Assembly (NCBI RefSeq): GCF_009914755.1
Contig: NC_060926.1
Source of the DNA: the human T2T-CHM13v2.0 reference genome, Homo sapiens
Reading direction: 5' to 3' (one strand)
DNA length: 64,000 nt
This document shows, in pieces, positions 1 through 16,119 of the stretch. The notes beneath the pieces are model-generated. The model had not been told where the DNA came from. It saw nothing but the letters and a program-made list of their open reading frames with translations, and did no database searches. Positions within the stretch are counted from its first letter, which is position 1. Each line of letters opens with the position of its first letter. Position numbers and translations under genes: made by a program.

Positions 1-476
1 CCAGGTTTGGGGAAAAACAGGCTGCAGAGTAGGAGGCTGTAAAATAGGCTGATGGCTCAAATTGATTAAATTCCGATAATCCCTGGAGACCCCCCCAACC
101 GCTGCATCTGCTTGAGCTTTTGTACATTTATGCTGAAACTCTTATGTTATCTTTTCCTATTTTAAATAGAATCTTCTCTGCTCTTATACTCACTTTTACA
201 TACATGAAATTTTCAGTTTTCTAATATGAGTGTTATATATGGCCATTTTACTAAATTTGCTGATTATTTGCAGTGGTTTTCCTTTGATTCTCTTGACCTT
301 TCCAAATATGCAATTATAATAGAGATTTTTGCCACTTCCATTACAGTTCTAATTACTAAGTATGTTATATTGTCTAATTACATTAATATTGCAGATGATA
401 GGTAAATTTGCCTTATTTAGTAGAAATGGGTTTCATATTTCTTAATAAGAAGTTGGCTTTTAAAGTGAGGGACATA

Positions 477-2896
477 CAGGCATACCTTGTTTTAGTATTT
501 TTTGCTTTATTGCATTCCACAGATGTTGTGTTTTTACAAATTGAAGCATTTTGGCAACATTACATAAAGCAAGTCTGTTAGCACCATTTTTCCAGTAGCA
601 AATGCTTACTTTGTGTCTCTGAATCACATTTTGGTAATTCTCAAAGCATGTCTAGTTGTGTTATTTTCATTATATTTGTTATGGTGATCTGTGATCTGTG
701 ATCTTTGGTGTTACTGTTCTAATTGTTTTTGGGTGAGACAAACCACACCCATATAGGACCTTGAACTTAATCAACAAATGCTGTATGTGTTATGACTGCT
801 CCACAGGCCAGCTATTCTCCACCTCTTTTTCTCTTCAGGCCTCCCTATTCCATAAAACACAACAATATTAAAATTAGGCCAATGAATAACCTTACAATGA
901 CCTCTATGTGTTCAAATGAAACACACATCTCTCACTTTAAATCAAAAGTTAGAAATGGTTAAGCTTAGAAAGGAAACCATGCTGAAAGCTAAGCCTCTTG
1001 TGTCAAATAGCCAAGTTGTGAATGCAAACGAAAAGTTCTAGAAGCAAACTAAACTTTCTCCATATCAACCATATGTGTTTTCTTTCACTTTCTTATTATT
1101 TATGTGTTATTCCATTAAGCATATGAATAATAAGAAAGTGAAAGAAAACACATATGGCCTATATGGAGAAGGTTTGACTGGTCTGGTTAGAAGACCAAAC
1201 CAGTGACAACATTCTCTTAAGCAAAAGCATAATTCAGAGCAAGGCCTTAACTCTCTTTCATTCTATGGAGGCTAAGAGAAGTGATGAAGCTGCAGAAGAA
1301 AAGTTTGAAGATGGCAAAGGTTAGTTCATGAGGTTTAAGGAGAAAAGCCATCACCATAAGATAAAAATGCAAGATGAGGCAGTTAGTGCTAATCTAGAAG
1401 CTGGAGCACATTATCCAAAAGATCTAGCTAAGATAAATGGTGAAGGTGGTGGCACTAAATAACAGATTTTCAAGGTTGGTAAAACAACCTTCTATTGGAA
1501 GAAGATGCCATTTAAGACTTTCATAGCTTGAAAGCAGAAGTCAATGCCTGCCTTCAAAGCTTCAGAGGACAAATTGACTCTCTTGTCAATGGAAAATGCA
1601 GCTGGTGATTTTAAGTTAAAGCCAATGCTCATTTACCATGCCAAAAATCCTAGGGTCCATAAGAATTATGCTAAATCTACTCTGCCTGTGCTCTATAAAT
1701 GGAACAAAGCCTGGATGACTGTGCATCTCTTATAACCATGCTACTGGAAAAATAGCATGGTTTACAGACTATTGTAAGCCCACTGTTAAGACCTACTGCT
1801 CAGAAAAAAAGAGATTTCTTTCAAAATATTACTGCTTATTGACAATGCACCTGGTCACCTATGAGCTCTAATGGAGATGTACAAAGAGATTGAGGTTGTT
1901 TTCATTCCTGCTAACACAACATCCATTCTGCAGCTCATGGATCAAGAAACAGTTTTCAGTTTCATCTTATTATTTAAAAATATATTTGAAAGGCCATAGC
2001 TGCCATAGTGATTCCATTGATGGATCTGGGAAGAGTAAACTGAAAATCTTCTGGGAAGGATTCATTATTGTAGAAGCCATTAAGAACATTCCTGATTTGT
2101 GGGAGGAGATAAAAATATCTTGAAAGAAGTTGGTTCCAGTCTTCATGAATAACTTTGAGTGGTTCAAGACTTCATGTAGAAAGTAACTGCAGATGTGGTG
2201 GAAATAACAAGACAACTAGAATTAGAAGTGGAGCCTGGCGGTGTCACTGAATTGCTGCAATTTCATGATCAAACTTGAAAGAATGAGAAATTGCTTTTTT
2301 GAATTTGCAAAAAAGTGGTTTCCTGACATGGAATCTACTCTTGGTGAAGATGCTATGAACACTATTGAAATGACAACAAAGGACTTAGAATATTACACAC
2401 ATTTAGTTGATAAGCAGTGGCAGAGTTTGATAGTATTGACTCCAATTTTGAAAGAACATCTACTGTGGGTAAAATGCTATCAAACTACGTCACATACTAC
2501 AGAGAAATCTTTCATGACAGGGAGAGTCAATGAATGTAGCAAACTTTATTGTTGTCTTATTTTAAGAAGTTGCCACAACTGTATCAGTCACCACCCTGAT
2601 CAGTCAACAGCCATCAACATTGAGGCAAGACCCTCCACCAGAAAAAAGATTATGACTCACTGAAGGCTCAGATGTTTGTTGGCTTTTTTAAGCAATAAAA
2701 TATTTTTAAATTAAGGCATATACATTGACTTTTCAGACACAATGCTATGGCACACTTAATGGAATAAAATATAGTGTAAACATAACTTTTATTATGCACT
2801 GGAAAACCAAAAGAATTGTGTGACTCACTTTATTGTGATAGTTCCTTTATTGACGTGATCTGGAACCAAATATGCAATACCTCTGAGGTATGCTTA
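477..2896 (+). mobile_element. Full-length Tigger1 DNA transposon (TcMar-Tigger) with decayed transposase
   Basis: Terminal inverted repeats CAGGCATACCT (477) and GAGGTATGCTTA (to 2896), each flanked by TA; ~2.42 kb; ORF remnants 1544-1735 ([15 protein letters not shown]...WNKAWMT) and 1970-2120 resemble Tigger1 transposase. Confidence 0.93.
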
Positions 2897-3054
2897 TATT
2901 GAGAAAGAATGTATCAGTTACTATTTTATTGTATGTTTTTGTCAGGAATCAGTGCTACATTTTATCAAATGTCAACTATAAAAATCATATGGTATATTAC
3001 TATTATTGAAACACCTTCGCATGACTAAAATAAATTCCACTTAGTATATTCTTT

Positions 3055-3250
3055 CTTTTAATTTATATTGAAAAGTGTGCAAACTATAAGGCACAGCTCT
3101 ATGAATTTTTACAGAATGAATATATTTATGGAACAGTGACAGATCAAGAAACAAAACATCACAAAGCCCCAGAAACCCCCTCATGCCACCTTCTGGTCAC
3201 TACCCATCCTCAACAAAAATAACCACATTCCTGCCTTCTAACACCACAGC
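3055..3250 (-). mobile_element. Old L1M (L1MC/MD/ME-type) 3' UTR fragment
   Basis: Degenerate motifs 'cagatcaagaaacaaaacatcacaaagccccagaaacccc' typical of antisense old L1 3' ends. Confidence 0.5.
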
Positions 3251-3369
3251 CTATTATGCCCTCACTCTCTCTAGTGAACGACTTAACTCATCAATATTAT
3301 GACAATGTTGCTGTAATCTAAGCTGCACTATCAAAAACAGCAGACACTAGCCACATGTAGCTAATAAAC

Positions 3370-3720
3370 TCAGAAGAATGAAATAATTAAAGAAAAGGTA
3401 GAAATAAAGAGTAAACAAAAAACCCCAATAATAGCACTATCAATTAAATAACTGGTTGTGAAAAATAACAAATTCAATGTCATTAGCTAACCAAATTAAA
3501 ACAAAAGAGAGCAAGGGAGAAACAACACAAATACCTTACAACAGAAATCATAATGGAAAAATAACTACAAGTATAAAGGAAAATAAAGAATCATAAAAAT
3601 CATACATAACTACATTGTGGTTTTTTTTTGTAAATAAACTTGAATATGAGAAGAAACTACAGGAGTTCTCTGGTAGAATTTAAGTTACCAAAAATGATCT
3701 ATGAAAATTTTAAAAGGTCT
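3370..3720 (+). mobile_element. Old L1M ORF2 fragment
   Basis: A-rich sequence with degenerate L1 ORF2 5'-region motifs (ctagcta-accaaa, aataactacaag, aagttaccaaaa). Confidence 0.4.
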
Positions 3721-4208
3721 TGAAAATGTTGCTTAAGCTTGGTTAAAATATTAATTGAAGCCACAGGACAGAAGTCACTTTACTCAGTTAAAAACCTTGG
3801 GAAGGAAAGAAAATTGTTAAGTTAGTTGCTTTTTAGAATATAAAGTCTCAAATTCTTTACACTTCATTATAAATATAATAAACCAGTTATGATACAGACG
3901 TAAAATTAAAAGCTATCACAGAGAAAATGCGAGTGTGTGTATAAAAAGAGAGAACATTCTATGTGAGTTCTGTTTCTATATATTCAGTTTCTTGGCATCA
4001 TTAGATTGTGTACATGTTTAGATTATTTTACTGTGAGAGCAAGTTCTTGATATTCTGCTTTTTAACTATAAATAATTTATTGCCATGACTTTTGTTTGTG
4101 ATCTTCAGCTTAGTGACTATAATTACTGTAAAGCTTGATTTTCCTTCTTATTATAATTAATTGTATTAGTTTGAATACGATGGCTGTAGGAAATTTAATT
4201 CAGTCCTC

Positions 4209-4545
4209 TGCCGTGTGTTAAATGGTGACCCCCAAAAAGATTTGTTCACATTCTAATACCTAGAACCTGTGAATATGACTTTAGTTGGTAAAAGGGTCTT
4301 TGCAGATGTAAGTTAGATGAAGTGAGATCATCTCAGATTAGCATCCAGTTCAATGACAAGTATCCTTATAAGATTTGTAAGAGGCAAGGCAGGATTATCC
4401 CCTAGAGCTGTCAAAGAGAGTACAGCCCTGCCAACACCTTGATTTTAAATTGCTGGACTCCAGAATTATGAAAGAATGAATTGCTGTTGTTTTAAGCCAC
4501 AAAGTATATGATACTTTGTTATGGCCGCCCTAGAAAACTAACACA
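4209..4545 (+). mobile_element. MLT1 (MaLR) solo LTR
   Basis: TG...CA ends; 'cccccaaaaagat...cctagaacctgtgaatatgac...gggtctttgcagatgta' and 'ccctagaaaactaacaca' MLT1 motifs. Confidence 0.8.
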
Positions 4546-5000
4546 AACTCTGTTGTAATGTTCACTGTGATGATAACCTCATTATCTATAAACTCACTTT
4601 GTTTTGTAATCCTCTATTATAGGTGTGGTATAAATTTGCTTTCAGAGAGAAACCATTGAAATATATTCTCTTAAATTTCTTAGGGGGGCTCTATTTGAGA
4701 AAAATAAGTTGGTCATTATAGAAGATTCATTTTACACCTAAATGCAAAGTTTGTATCTTTGACAAGTAAAATGAATAAAACAACAAACAGAGCAGCAACC
4801 AAGGAAGAAACTGCGAATGCTAACAAAAAGTTTTCTTATTAGCTCACGCCTCTGCTCCTTGTCATAGTGTCAAGTTCAAAAAATTTCACATTTAAAACTT
4901 TTAGACCTGTGATTAATGGCTAATTCTACAATTGAATTAAGTCATAGTACAATTTGGTAGCGATAAAAGAAACATTTAAAAATTATTATAATAAAAATAG

Positions 5001-5361
<361 letters not shown>

Positions 5362-5539
5362 ATCATACTTTTATAAGTGCTAATAAAAAGTTTTAGAGAA
5401 TATTAAATTAGGGCATTAATAGACTAGGCCTTGCCTAAATTATCTTTCAATAAATAGGATGTTTCAGTAAAATAAATTTAGGAAATCACCACTACTAGGT
5501 CAAAGGGTGAATAAAAATAGAGAGTACCTTAATTAAAGC

Positions 5540-6337
5540 TGAGAGGTGAAGCCGCTGGGCTTCTGGGTTGGGTGGGGACTTGGAGAACTTTTCTGTCTAG
5601 ATAAAGGATTGTAAACAAACCAATCAGCACTCTGTGTCTAGCTAAAGGTTTGTAAATGCACCAATCAGCACTCTGTAAAAACGCACCAATCAGCACTCTG
5701 TGTCTAGCTAAAGGTTTATAATCGCATCAATCAGCACTCTGTAAAAATGCACCAATCAGTGCTGTGTCTAGCAGTTTGTAAATGCACCAATCAGTACTCT
5801 CTAAAAACCCATCAATCAGCACTCTGTAAAATGGACCAATCAGCACTCTGTAAAATGGACCAATCAGCAGGACGCGGGCAGGGCCAAATAAGGGAATAAA
5901 AGCCGGCCACCTGAGCCAGTGGGGGCAACCTGCTCAGGTCCTCTTCCATGCTGTGGAACCTTAGTTCTTTTGCTCTTTGCAATAAATCTTGGTGCTGTTC
6001 ACTCTTTGGGTCACACTACCTTTATGAGCTGTAACACTCAACGCGAATGTCTGCAGCTTCACTCCTGAAGTCAGAGAGACCACAAACCCACCAGGAGGAA
6101 CAAACAACTCCAGATGCACCACCTTTAAGAGCTGTAACACTCACTACGAAGGTCTGCGGCTTCACTCCTGCAGTCAGCAAGACCAAGAACCCACCAGAAG
6201 GAAGAAACTCCGGACACATCTGAAGCAACAAACTCCAGACACACCATCTTTAAGAACACTCACCGTGAGGGACCGCAACTTCATTCCAGAAGTCAGCGAG
6301 ACCAAGAACCCACCAGAAGGAACCAATTCCAGACACG
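5540..6337 (+). mobile_element. LTR12 (ERV9) solo LTR
   Basis: Starts TGAGAGGTGAAGCC; tandem 'caccaatcagcactctgt' U3 repeats; ends ...ccagacacg; 4-bp TSD AAGC (5536-5539, 6338-6341). Confidence 0.93.
5610..5905 (+). promoter_or_regulatory. LTR12 U3 CCAAT (NF-Y) array with AATAAAA TATA-like box
   Basis: Seven CCAATCAG copies plus two TCAATCAG variants, then 'gggaataaaagc' at ~5892-5903; this is the known ERV9 LTR promoter layout. Activity is not shown by the sequence. Confidence 0.65.
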
Positions 6338-7439
6338 AAGCCAAAACAGTATTTATAAAATTTCAACATCTTATCATAATTTTTAAACATTTAAAAGAGA
6401 AATAGATAGTAATAGCAACATCATATTTTATGATACACTATTATAGGAATTCCAACTAAAGCCACCATTTCATAATATTCTGAAAGGTCTGTGCAATGTG
6501 ACTAGATGACACAAAGAAATGGGAAGTGTAAATATGTAGAAAAAAAGAGTGAACAATAAAAAATATTCTAAGATTATTCAGTTCATTAAATTGAGCATCA
6601 GTATAATCACTAATTTACAAAAATGCCAATGCTTTTTAATATACAAAGTATACATAATAAGAAAAGAGTTTGCCATTAATCACAATAAAATATTTGAAAT
6701 GCATTGATAAAAGATTGGCATTTAAAATTCAGAAATCATGTATTTTTAAAAACTTTAAAATTATGAGAAATATCAGTGTTTTAATAAAAGGAAAAATATT
6801 TCCATTTACGGCAAAATGTTAGATCAGATAGCCTGAATTATTATCTTGTTTAAAAAATATCTTAGGATTTTCTTTTAAATGAATAGTTAACCTGGTATAA
6901 AACAAGAATCAGAAGAAAGACTTCAAAAGAGACTGAAGATAGAACTATGGAAGTACACAAGCATTAGAGACAGCTTTGCTCAAAATCACTACTAACTACT
7001 AAATGCTAGTGACCCCGAGTTTCTGCTTTGATTGTCAAACAAGTTACTGGAGAAGGCAATTGATTCCTAGGACACATGTGAGCTAGGAAATGTAATAGAC
7101 TTCTGTTTAAAGCTGCGAAACTAAGTGTATCACATGGGAACAATGAATTACAGGAAGAGAAGGCAAGAAAACCTGCCTGATTTGACATCAGTGCTAATGA
7201 AAGGGGGAAAACATCTTCCTTCAGAAGTTTTATTTGCTCAAATTATTTTATGTCTAGAATTCACACTACTTGCTTCATCTGAGAAGCACCAAGTAGAAAA
7301 TTAAAGTGGTTGAAGTCAGTAGGGACCCAAGCTAATTAGCAAAAGCAAATAAAAAATCTCTCCTGAAAAAGAAAAAGAAAGGCTGACAATGATTTTCTCA
7401 GATAAAGTCCCAAACAACAAACACTCATAATCTATGGTT

Positions 7440-7900
7440 ATAAAACAACAAGTCATCAGGGAAATGCAAATTAAAATCACAACAACATAATTCTGTAACC
7501 CAACTAAAATGGCTAAAATTTAAAAGAGATTGACAATACCAAGTACTGCTGAAAATGTGGAGGAACTGAAACTCTCATCCATTGTTAGTGTAAAATAGTA
7601 TAACTACTTTGAAAAAATGCTGACTAATTTATTTTAAAGTTAACATACACTTACCATATTGCTGAGCAATTATGCTCCAATGTAACTACCTAAAAGAAAC
7701 ATAAATATATATCTCTCCCCCAAAAATGGACACGCACATGAATCTTCATAGACAGTATACTCATATTAGCCAAAATTGGCAGAGAACTCAAATATCTGTC
7801 AACTGGTTAATGGATAAACAAATTGCTATACACTATACAATGGAATATCACTCAACAATAAAAAGAAAAAACTACAGATAAAAGCAAAACATGGAGCTAA
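7440..7900 (+). mobile_element. Old L1M 3' region fragment
   Basis: 'gtcatcagggaaatgcaaattaaaatcacaa...caaatatctgtcaactggttaatggataaacaaatt' L1 ORF2-end/3'UTR motifs. Confidence 0.7.
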
Positions 7901-8077
7901 ATAAACATAGGGTAATTTGTTGCTAGGCTGTAGATATACTGGAGAAGCAAAAATACAGCAGCAAGTTACGCATTCACTAAGAAAGATATATTTAAATCAA
8001 AAAATACAAATAAGATATTTCTCAATGTACTTGGTTTCAAAGAACAATTGCAAATATGTTGCAAATATAAATAGAAA

Positions 8078-8142
8078 GATGAATAAATGGATGGATGGGT
8101 GGATGATGGATAGATGAATGGATGGATGGATAAATGAATGGA
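8078..8142 (+). repeat. (TGGA)n/(TGAA)n simple repeat
   Basis: gatgaataaatggatggatgggtggatgatggatagatgaatggatggatgga. Confidence 0.8.
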
Positions 8143-8274
8143 TATATTTGTTTAAGAAGAGATAAAAATCTGGAAAGATAAGTACTGAATTCTTCACAGC
8201 GAGTGCCTACAATGGTTATGGAGTTGTGGAGGAACAATGGAGGATGATGTGAGGAGAAAACTTTCACTGTTTAA

Positions 8275-11260
<2,986 letters not shown>

Positions 11261-11699
11261 AGAAGTTCTAGCTCTGAAATATTGTGGGAAAAAAATTGAA
11301 AGTGTATAGTGAAGGCAGATAATAAACTAATTTAGTTATCTACAATCACTTCTTTCTTACGTATTTCTGGGCATCAGCATGCAGAGCAAGAAGCATGTTA
11401 GATACTTGCTTTTATTTAGTATGAAGTCTCAGCTGAGAGTCTGGCCAACTGGCAATAGGGCTGATATTCATATTACACATTTTTTAAAATCAAAAAAGAG
11501 ATTTCCTAGGACCATGGGAAATATGATCAACATGGCAGGGACTCAGAAGGGCTTGTGGTCAGCAAGAATGCCTAGTCATCAGAAGAACTAAGGACATCAA
11601 AAGAACTGAGAACATTCGCAGAGAATGTCATCGGAATATGCTGAGATGGGACTGGGTCAATCAATTATACCTCAGGGGATAGCAGAAATTAAACCCTCA

Positions 11700-12230
11700 A
11701 TCAGATCTAGTGTGTAAAAATAACACATCAGGACCAAGTTGGTTTATCTGAGGATTTCAAGGTTAGCTTAACATATATATGTAATTTGACACATTAATCA
11801 AAAGAAAAAGAAAAAACCAGTTAGGCGCAGGCAATGACTTCAAAAAAATTTAATACTCAGACATCAAAGCTCTCAGAAAACTTGAAATATACAAGAACTT
11901 CCTCAGTCTTATAAAGGAGATATGCAAAAATACCTACAGCTAACACCAAACACTGATAAAAGACCAAAGACTTTTCTCCTCAGATAAGAATAAAGCAAGA
12001 TATCTGCCTTCATCACTTCCATTCAACATTGTACTGGAGGTTCTAGCTAGGGGGCAATATGACAAGAGAAAAAAATAAAAGATATCTAGATCATTAGAAA
12101 AAGAGATAAAATGACCTTCATTTGCACAAGACATTATTATGTAAATTATAATGAATCTTCAAAAATACTAGAAATAGTAAGGGAATTTAAGGACACAAGG
12201 TGCATACAGAAAAATTAAATACATTTCTAT
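11700..12230 (+). mobile_element. Old L1M ORF2 (RT region) fragment
   Basis: Degenerate 'gaccaagttggtttat...attcaacattgtactggaggttctagc...tcatttgcacaagacat'. Confidence 0.65.
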
Positions 12231-12259
12231 ATATATTATATAGAAATATGTATTATATA

Positions 12260-14850
12260 CTTCTGGGTTGAATGGTAGTTCTGTTTGTAGGTCTCTGAGA
12301 AATTGTCACACTGCCTTCCACAATGTTTGAACTAATTTACACTTCCATCAACAGTGTATTAACAATCTCACCAGCATTGTTATTTTTTGACTTTTTAATA
12401 ATAGCCATCCTGACTAGTATGAGACGGTATTTTATTGTGGTTTTGATTTTCATTTATCTAATGATCAGTGATATTGAGCTTTTTTTCATATCTTTGTTGG
12501 CCACATCTATGTCTGTTTTTGAAAAGTGTGTGTTCATGTCTTTTGTCCACTTTCTAAAGGGGTTATTTTTTTCTTGTAAATTTGTTTAAGTTCCTTATAG
12601 ATGTTAAATATTAGACCTTTGTCAGATGCATAGTTTGCAAATATTTTCTCCCATTCTGCAGGTTGTCTGTTTACTCTGTTGATAGTTTCTTTTGCTGTGC
12701 AGAAACTCTTAAGTTTAATTACATTCCATTTGTCAATTTCTGTTTTTGTTACAATTGCTTTTGGCATCTTAATCACAACATCTTTACCAGATGATATTGT
12801 CCAGGTTATCTTCCAGGGTTTTTATAGCTTTGAGTTTTACATTTTATTTAAGTCTTTAATCCATCATGAGTTGATTTTTGTATATAGTGTAAGGAAGGGG
12901 TCCAGTTTCAGTTTTCTGCATATGGCTAGCCAGTTATTCCAGTACCATTTTTTGAATAGGGAGTCCTTTCCCCATTGCTTGTTTTTGTCGGCTTTGTTGA
13001 AGATCAGATGGTTGTAGGTGTGTGGCCTTATTTGTGGGTTCTCTATTCTGTTACATTGCTCTATGTGTCTGTTCTTGTACCAGTACCATGCTGTTTTGGC
13101 TACTGTAGCCCTGTAGTATAGTTTTAAGTCAGAGAACATGATGCCTCCAGCTTTGTTCTTTTTGCTTAGGATTGCCTTGGCTATTCAGGCTCTTTTTTTG
13201 GTTTCATATGAATTTCAAAATAGTTTTTTCTAGTTCTGTGAGGAATGTCATTGGTTTTTGGATAGGAATAACATCGAATCTGTAAATTGCTTTGGGCAGT
13301 ATGGCCACTTTAATGATATTGATTCTTCCTATCCATGAGCATGGGATGTTTTTCCTTTTGTTTTTGTTATCTTTGATTCCTTTGAACAGTGTTTTGTAAT
13401 TCTCATTGTAGAGATCTGTTGTGGGAAGTCAGGGACCCCAAACAGAGGGACCGGCTGGAGCAGCGTCAGAGGAACATAAATTGTGAAGATTTCATGGACA
13501 TTTATCAGTTCCCAAATAATACTTTTATAATTTTTTATGCCTGTCTTTACTTTATTCTCTTGATCCTGTTATCTTCATAAGCTGAGGATGTACATCACTT
13601 CAGGACCACTGTGATAATTGTGTTAACTGTAGAAATTGATTGTAAAACATGTGTGGTTGAACAATATGAAATCAGTGCACCTTAAAAAAGAACAGAATAA
13701 CAGCAATTTTTAGGGAACAAGGGAAGACAACCACAAGGTCTTACTGCCTGTGGGGTCGGGCAAAAAGAGCCATATTTTTCTTCTTGCAGAGAGCCTATAC
13801 ATGGACGTGCAAGTAGGAGAGATATCGCTAAATTCTTTTCCTAGCAAGGAATATTAATATTAATACTCTGGGAAAGGAATGCATTCCTGGGGGGAGGTCT
13901 ATAAACGGCCGCTCTGGGAAGGTCTGTCTTATGCTGTTGAGATAAGGACTGAGATATGCCCTGGTCTCCTGCAGTACCCTCAGGCTTACTAGGGTGGGGA
14001 AAAACTCTGCCCTGGTAAATTTGTCATCAGACCGGTTCTCTGCTCTCAAACCCTGTTTTCTGTTGTTTAAGATGTTTATCAAGACAATACGTGCACCACT
14101 GATCATAGACCCTTATCAGTAGTTCTGCTTTTGCCCTTTGCCTTGTGATCTTTATTGGACCCTTTTCAGTAGTTCTGCTTTTGCTCTTTGTCCTGTTCCC
14201 TCAGAAGCATGTGATCTTTGTTAGACCCTTATTAGCAGTTCTGCTTTTTGCCTTTTGAAGCATGTGATCTTTGTAACTACTCCCTGTTCTTACACCCCCT
14301 CCCCTTTTGAAACCCTTAATAAAAACTTGTTGGTTTTGAGGCAGGCATCATGGTCCTACTGATATCTAATGTCACCCCTGGCAGCCCAGCTGTAAAATTC
14401 CTCTCTTTATACTGTCTGTCTTTATTTCTCAGCTAGCCGACATTTATGGAAAATAGAAAGAACCTATGTTGAAATATTGGGGGCAGGTTCCCCCAATAGA
14501 GATCATTCACCTTCCTAGTTAGCTGTATTCCTAGGTATTTTCATTCTTTTTGTGGCAATTGTGAATAGGACTGCATTCCTGATTTGGCCCTGAGCTTGGC
14601 TGTTGTTGGTGTATGGGACTGCTAGTGGTTTTTGTATATTGATTTTGTATCCCACAACTTTGCCAAAGTTATTTATCAGCTTAAGGAGCTTTTGAGCAGA
14701 GACAATGGGGTTCTCCAGATAAAGAATCATGTCATCTGTAAACAGGGATAGTTTGACTTCCTCTCTTCTTATTTGGATGCTCTTTATTTCTTTCCCTTAC
14801 CTGATTGCTCTGGTCAGGACTTCCAATACTATGTTGAATAGGAGTGGTGA
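12260..14850 (-). mobile_element. Older L1PA/L1PB ORF2 segment, interrupted by a MER11 LTR
   Basis: Minus-strand ORFs 12534-12776, 12864-13139 and 14515-14730 translate to L1 ORF2; the sequence continues across the LTR at the GAGATC TSD. Confidence 0.9.
13417..14498 (+). mobile_element. MER11 (HERV-K HML-8) solo LTR
   Basis: TGTTGTGGGAAGTCAGGGACCCC start, ...GGTTCCCCCAATA end, internal ~50-bp tandem 'agacccttatcagtagttctgc' repeats, 6-bp TSD GAGATC (13411-13416, 14499-14504). Confidence 0.9.
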
Positions 14851-14851
14851 G

Positions 14852-15015
14852 TGTTTCTTTTTATAAGGGCACTCATCTCATTCATGAGGGCTCCACCCTC
14901 ATGATCTAACCACCTCTCAAAGGCCCTATCTTTGAATACTATTATATTAGGGATTAGAATTTTAACATATAACATTTTGGGGGAAGGGAGGGACAAAAAC
15001 ATTCAGTTCACAACA
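14852..15015 (-). mobile_element. MaLR LTR fragment (MST/MLT1A-like)
   Basis: 'ataagggcactcatctcattcatgagggctccaccctcatgatctaa...attcagttcacaaca'. Confidence 0.65.
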
Positions 15016-16119
15016 CTGACCTATAAAATGAAGGAATCAGAGTAGGGTGGAATCATTCTAAAGGCTCCTTCTTGTTCTAATTATTAGTGGTTCACTAATC
15101 TATAACTTCACAAGATCAAGATTCTATTCTCTTTGCCATTTTATTTCACAGTGCCAAGAACTATAAGCAGTCATTGCATTGTCTATTTAATAAGAAGAGA
15201 ATGAGACACTGGAATAGTTTACCAAGGAATAGTAGTAACCCTTCACTTTTGCAGATTTTTTATAAAGTTAATAGCTGCCATCTGGAGAGCCTCATAATTT
15301 GAAAGTCAGAGACTCATCTCTACAGTCTCTTAAAGATTTTTTTGGTTTTAGGAATGTATGATTTTTCCCTTCTGATAAGAGCCATCATGACAACGAACAT
15401 CCATTCAGAAAGCTGTTATTTACCTTAACTTGAACCTGGCACTGCACTAGGCACTGTGAGTAAAGAGTTTCCTCCAAGAGACAAACAGTCAGAAATGGAA
15501 AACAAAATGATCTGTAATAATGTTCTATTGCCAATGGCACAAGAGGCAGAAGCTTAACTATTTGCAAAATTACTCTATCTTCTTTCTATTTCTTGAAATC
15601 ATGGAGAGCAAAGACATTTGGCTATCATAACCTCAAATCACAAAACACTTAACTTAGTTTCATATGCACTTGTCTTTGAATGTATCTGAGATTTGCATGC
15701 TAAATTATTCATTTGGTAAGTAGGCTGTGTAAAAAAAGTTTAAGCGTGTAAGCCTAAGGAATGATTACTGTTGGAATTTGTATTTCACCAAAGTTAGTTA
15801 TGCTTCATATCACCCCTGGAAGGCAGGTAAAATTTAAACTTTATCTGAAAACACACACATGTGCATACACATACACAGAAACACACACACACACCAGTGA
15901 ACTAATACCAAGATTCTAAATAATAAACAACTGAGAGATTATGTTTAATGGAACAACATAACTTGAGGGCCAGACTACTCTAAAGAATCCATTGTCAGAT
16001 GACCTTTGAAGAAATCAATGAACATGAATATAAATATATTTGTATGTGTGTAGAAGTTTGGCAGAACAGATTTCAGAGAGATAATAGGAAGATGCAAGAA
16101 TAAAGATTAAATTTTAGCA

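Noticed and set aside
1544-2663. Domesticated transposase gene (TIGD-like)
   Set aside because: The Tigger1 ORF is fragmented by multiple stops and frameshifts.
5610-5870. Regularly spaced repeats resembling a CRISPR-like array
   Set aside because: These are LTR12 U3 tandem CCAAT repeats; the spacers are themselves repetitive and the context is eukaryotic.
14100-14275. ~50-bp tandem repeats
   Set aside because: Intrinsic feature of MER11 LTRs.
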